Source: Obrimoposthia wandeli (taxonomy: Eukaryota). From it: a stretch of DNA of 64,000 bases. Of the stretch, positions 60,710 to 64,000 are shown one piece after another; positions within the stretch are counted from its first letter, which is position 1, and every line of letters starts with the position of its first letter. The notes beneath the pieces were generated by a model. It was not told where the DNA came from, did no database searches, and worked only from the letters and a program-made list of their open reading frames with translations. A program made the translations under genes and the position numbers. The stretch is taken from positions 1-64,000 of the forward strand of contig CDROCS010002422.1 in the NCBI GenBank assembly GCA_977020255.1. Direction: 5' to 3'.

Positions 60710-60740
60710 CAGGTGTGTAGGTGCTACACACCTGATTTTT
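60710..60740 (+). terminator. Rho-independent terminator between nirK and the accessory genes
   Basis: CAGGTGTGTAG-gtg-CTACACACCTG followed by ATTTTT. Confidence 0.75.
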
Positions 60741-60761
60741 AGGTATTTAAGGTGATTTACT

Positions 60762-61619
60762 ATGATTCACATCTTCACTATTCGTGTTGTTTTAGTTGCA
60801 CTTTTTACGCTTGCCAACACACTGTTTGTTACTCAAATTCTGGCTGCAGATGCCAAAATTGACTATCAAATGCAAGGCGCTGTGTATGAATGGTATGGGC
60901 GCCTTGATTTACCTAATAAACCTGCACTAGCTGTAGATAAAAGTGCCTCTAATAAAGTGTTACCTAGCAAGCAAGGTGCGCACCACCTAATGAGTATTAA
61001 CGTCCTTGCTCCGCATACACCCAATGTCGAGGTAGAAGTTGAACTTGAGTTTCTTCCCAAACCCGATCAGCTAGGTCAAGAGACAGTCGGGCATTATATT
61101 ATTCAAAAGCTATTGATCAATCCTCAAACAGGGCGGGTTTCACAATCTGAAATAGTGCAAAATGAAGTGGATAGCTTCACCTCAAAATATCGCCCATCCA
61201 GTAATGCCAACTTAATCCGCTCTTTTGTTTATAAATGGACACACTTTCTGGATAGAAACAGTGAGTCGAAAACCGATGACAAGTTGCTATTGAGTGCTTT
61301 TGCATTCAATACACCGTTCCTCTCTGAAGAGAGCAATGACTCAGTGACAGGATATTTGTCACAATTGGCAAAGCTTCACTCAGTCAATAGCCATAGAGCA
61401 ATAAAGTATCTGAAAATAACCCCGACAGAAAAACCGAATTCTTTTGCGGTTGAGTATCAATATAAATGGAATTTGATAAATAAAGATAACGAACCAGAGT
61501 TGGCACAGATAGCGGTAGATATTCGGCTGGTCGTTAAAGATGGGCAAGTTTTCATACAAGATTACAAAGCAAAATATTTACCCCCTGTCACTGATTTAGG
61601 GGCGGAAATACGCTGTTAA
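60762..61619 (+). CDS. Uncharacterised secreted protein (possible tandem NTF2/SnoaL-like domains)
   Basis: Signal peptide; two halves starting AVYEWYGRLD and FVYKWTHFLD; ends in ...AEIRC. Confidence 0.6.
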   Translation: MIHIFTIRVVLVALFTLANTLFVTQILAADAKIDYQMQGAVYEWYGRLDLPNKPALAVDKSASNKVLPSKQGAHHLMSINVLAPHTPNVEVEVELEFLPKPDQLGQETVGHYIIQKLLINPQTGRVSQSEIVQNEVDSFTSKYRPSSNANLIRSFVYKWTHFLDRNSESKTDDKLLLSAFAFNTPFLSEESNDSVTGYLSQLAKLHSVNSHRAIKYLKITPTEKPNSFAVEYQYKWNLINKDNEPELAQIAVDIRLVVKDGQVFIQDYKAKYLPPVTDLGAEIRC

Positions 61620-61633
61620 TTTGGAGAAAAACC

Positions 61634-62272
61634 ATGAAATATTTTCGTAGAATTACCTTTTATTCTGCTGCTATTCTTTTTGCTTCGCTAGTCAGTTTGT
61701 CTTTTAATGCTTCTGCTAAGATGCCCATTTTAAAAGGTATTGGCGGTGATTTTACGCTTGCAAGCAGTAACGGAAATGATGTCAGCTTGTCAGACTTCAA
61801 AGAAAAAGTTGTGCTGATTTTTTTCGGTTACACCAACTGTGCAGATATATGCCCAACAACCGTGGCGCATATTAGCCAGATGATGAGAAAGTTAACAACC
61901 GCGCAAAGAGCCAAAGTGCAAGTCTTGTTTATCAGTTTTGACAGTGAATATGACACGCCCAAACACCTCAATAAATACTTAAATTACTTCGACCCTAGCT
62001 TTATTGGTCTTGTCGATGTTCAAGAAAAAGTTAATCGGGTTGCCAAGCTTTATCACGCTGAATTTTCTAAGCTAGCCGACTCAAAAGTGACCATTGAATA
62101 TAAAAAACTCAGCGTTGAAGATAAAGATACAACCGAGCGTAAAGGTTATTTGTATAGTCATTCAGCCAAAATTTTTGTCATTGACAAGAAAAGCCGAGTG
62201 CGTGGTTTTTTCTATATGGGTACGCCGCTAGCAGACATGCGAGATCAAGTGATCGAATTATTAAATAATTAA
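61634..62272 (+). CDS. SCO1/SenC copper chaperone
   Basis: FFGYTNCADICP (CxxxC), ISFD.EYDTP, distal His in YSHSAKIFVID. Confidence 0.92.
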   Translation: MKYFRRITFYSAAILFASLVSLSFNASAKMPILKGIGGDFTLASSNGNDVSLSDFKEKVVLIFFGYTNCADICPTTVAHISQMMRKLTTAQRAKVQVLFISFDSEYDTPKHLNKYLNYFDPSFIGLVDVQEKVNRVAKLYHAEFSKLADSKVTIEYKKLSVEDKDTTERKGYLYSHSAKIFVIDKKSRVRGFFYMGTPLADMRDQVIELLNN

Positions 62273-62418
62273 AGGGCAAGCCCTCTCGCATAGCGAGACT
62301 TCACTTCGTGAAGCGGGGTATTTCTAGTTATTTTGGGTTCTAATAAGTTCACGCCTTAAGGGCCGTGGTATTTACCTTTGATGAGTTAGGTTATGCCTAA
62401 TTCATCTCTATTAAAATT

Positions 62419-62853
62419 TTGGAGAAATACATGCGTAGATTGTCAATACTCACCGCGTTAATCGCTTTTACTTTATTCTCTCAGTTTTCTGTCGCTGCGA
62501 CTATTAAGATCGACAATGCGTGGATAAGAGCCATGCCGCCAACTTCAAGGGTAATTCCCATTTATTTGACCATAAACAATCCCACTGACAAAAGTGTTGG
62601 TTTAATATCAATATCTAGCACTAGAGGCTCTGTCGTCATTCATCAGACAATTATGCAAAATGACATGATGAAAATGGAACCCGTTGCCTCAGTACCTGTA
62701 GCAGCTAAAGGAGTGGCAAAGTTAGAGCCGGCGGGTTACCACGGTATGATGAGTAATTTCACCGATGGAGTTCCTGCAAAAGGTGAAAATGTTCCTTTAG
62801 TATTACTGTTTAATAATGGCAAAGAAATAACCGTAATGGCCGAGGTAAAATAA
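62419..62853 (+). CDS. PCuAC periplasmic copper chaperone
   Basis: NAWIRAMPP; H-x10-M (HQTIMQNDMMKM) and HGMM motif. Confidence 0.9.
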   Translation: MEKYMRRLSILTALIAFTLFSQFSVAATIKIDNAWIRAMPPTSRVIPIYLTINNPTDKSVGLISISSTRGSVVIHQTIMQNDMMKMEPVASVPVAAKGVAKLEPAGYHGMMSNFTDGVPAKGENVPLVLLFNNGKEITVMAEVK

Positions 62854-62967
62854 ACATCGGCAGTGGATAGCACGGCTATTTCATTAAAAATTGATCTGGC
62901 GAGGTATTATTCTTGTTTCATTTGCAGTAACTTTTAGGACTGGAAAAACTCGGTTATTATTAATCCT

Positions 62968-63672
62968 ATGATTCGTGACACATGTATCAGGCAATTAGTC
63001 TATAAGCATCATCTATTCTCAAATTTAGCGGATGCTGAGCGTGAAAAGCTTATGGAGTTCGCTGTCAGGTTACAGCTAAATCCACAGCAAAATTTATTTT
63101 TTCAAGGGGATCCAGCCAAACGTTTTTATTTACTGTTACACGGAAATTTACAGCTTTATCGCTCAAGCCCACAAGGGCAAAATAAAGTAATCGAAGTAGT
63201 TCGCGATGGGAAAATTTTTGCTGAAGCTCTCATGTTTGATAAAAAGTCAATATACCCGGTGTCCGCTCAAGCTGTTTCCCAGTGCCAGCTAGTGAGTCTC
63301 GACAGTGAAAGCTATCGAGATTTGCTGCTGCACAATAATGCGGCCTGCATGGCGGTGATGTCTAACATGACCGTTAGACTGCGCAGGCATATCAATGAAA
63401 TCGAATTATTATCATTGCAAAATGCCCAGTCTCGACTGTTGCTGTTTTTGATGCAACACATGCAATCCACCTCAAAGAACCAAGGGCAAGTCTCGTTAGA
63501 TATTCCTAAACGACTACTAGCTTCACTGCTCTCTATTCAACCTGAGACTTTTTCTCGCTTGATGAAAAAAATGATAGCCAGCGATTTAATCTATGAACAA
63601 GGGCACGATATCATCATTAAGGACGTGAACAAGCTGTATGAAAGTGTTGAGCTTCTATTCGAACCTCAATAG
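62968..63672 (+). CDS. dnr: DNR-type Crp/Fnr regulator
   Basis: FFQGDPAKRFY, FAEALMF, recognition helix IQPETFSR; no FNR N-terminal Cys cluster; follows the nirK cluster. Confidence 0.75.
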   Translation: MIRDTCIRQLVYKHHLFSNLADAEREKLMEFAVRLQLNPQQNLFFQGDPAKRFYLLLHGNLQLYRSSPQGQNKVIEVVRDGKIFAEALMFDKKSIYPVSAQAVSQCQLVSLDSESYRDLLLHNNAACMAVMSNMTVRLRRHINEIELLSLQNAQSRLLLFLMQHMQSTSKNQGQVSLDIPKRLLASLLSIQPETFSRLMKKMIASDLIYEQGHDIIIKDVNKLYESVELLFEPQ

Positions 63673-63743
63673 AAAAAGCACGGTGTTAGAGCTCAATCTT
63701 GGATATTTATATATTGACTTGAAAAAGCGATACCTCACAATAT

Positions 63744-64000
63744 TCATTCCATTTTATCAACAACGAAATCAAGCAGTTTTTTTACAACAGGGTCGTTTTC
63801 TCGCTTGTTAGCGTAAACGGCATACAATTTTGCCTTTTCAATTTCATAGTTTGTAAATAGTTGAACTAATTCACCAGAATCAAGTTCATCCTGTACAATG
63901 AACTTGGGGATTCTAGCGATTCCCTGCCCTGATTTAAGCGGCTCTTTCAATAAAGTACTGGTTGCAACAGTGAATCGCCCTCCCGCAAAGAATTCTTTAA
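63744..64000 (-). CDS. LysR family regulator, C-terminal part (truncated by window edge)
   Basis: Open frame to the edge: ...GGRFTVATSTLLKEPLKSGQGIARIPKFIVQDELDSGELVQLF. Confidence 0.8.
   Translation of the reverse strand, partial: KEFFAGGRFTVATSTLLKEPLKSGQGIARIPKFIVQDELDSGELVQLFTNYEIEKAKLYAVYANKRENDPVVKKLLDFVVDKME

Noticed and set aside
62891-62904. TTGAT half-site upstream of dnr
   Set aside because: The second half (CGAGG) does not match ATCAA

Overview
This is an AT-rich bacterial chromosomal region, most like a marine gammaproteobacterium (inference from gene content). The left 46 kb is a mosaic of small accessory modules: an AraC-DUF4142-cupredoxin unit, a DmpA-type peptidase, NYN and NUDIX genes, an orphan Tat-exported ABC binding protein, a putative RPP-ending leader plus double-DoxX gene, an MHYT sensor kinase, an ABC-cNMP fusion with degenerate ATPase motifs, CHASE and GGDEF-EAL signalling genes, a large MscS, and a LysR-controlled deacetylase/amino-acid ABC/RidA/D-amino-acid transaminase operon. 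The right 17 kb is a denitrification island. It has cNor (norCBDQ) with two different norE-norF pairs and norR, sigma54 promoters in front of norC and norE1, a cobalamin riboswitch-bluB insert, and nirK followed by an unknown protein, SCO, PCuAC and a DNR-like regulator. At least three families of small dispersed hairpin or MITE-like elements are visible, one with clear 9-bp target-site duplications. There are also several VNTRs and decayed gene fragments. No rRNA, tRNA, CRISPR array or intact transposase was seen. All family assignments come from motif recognition by eye; no database search was run.
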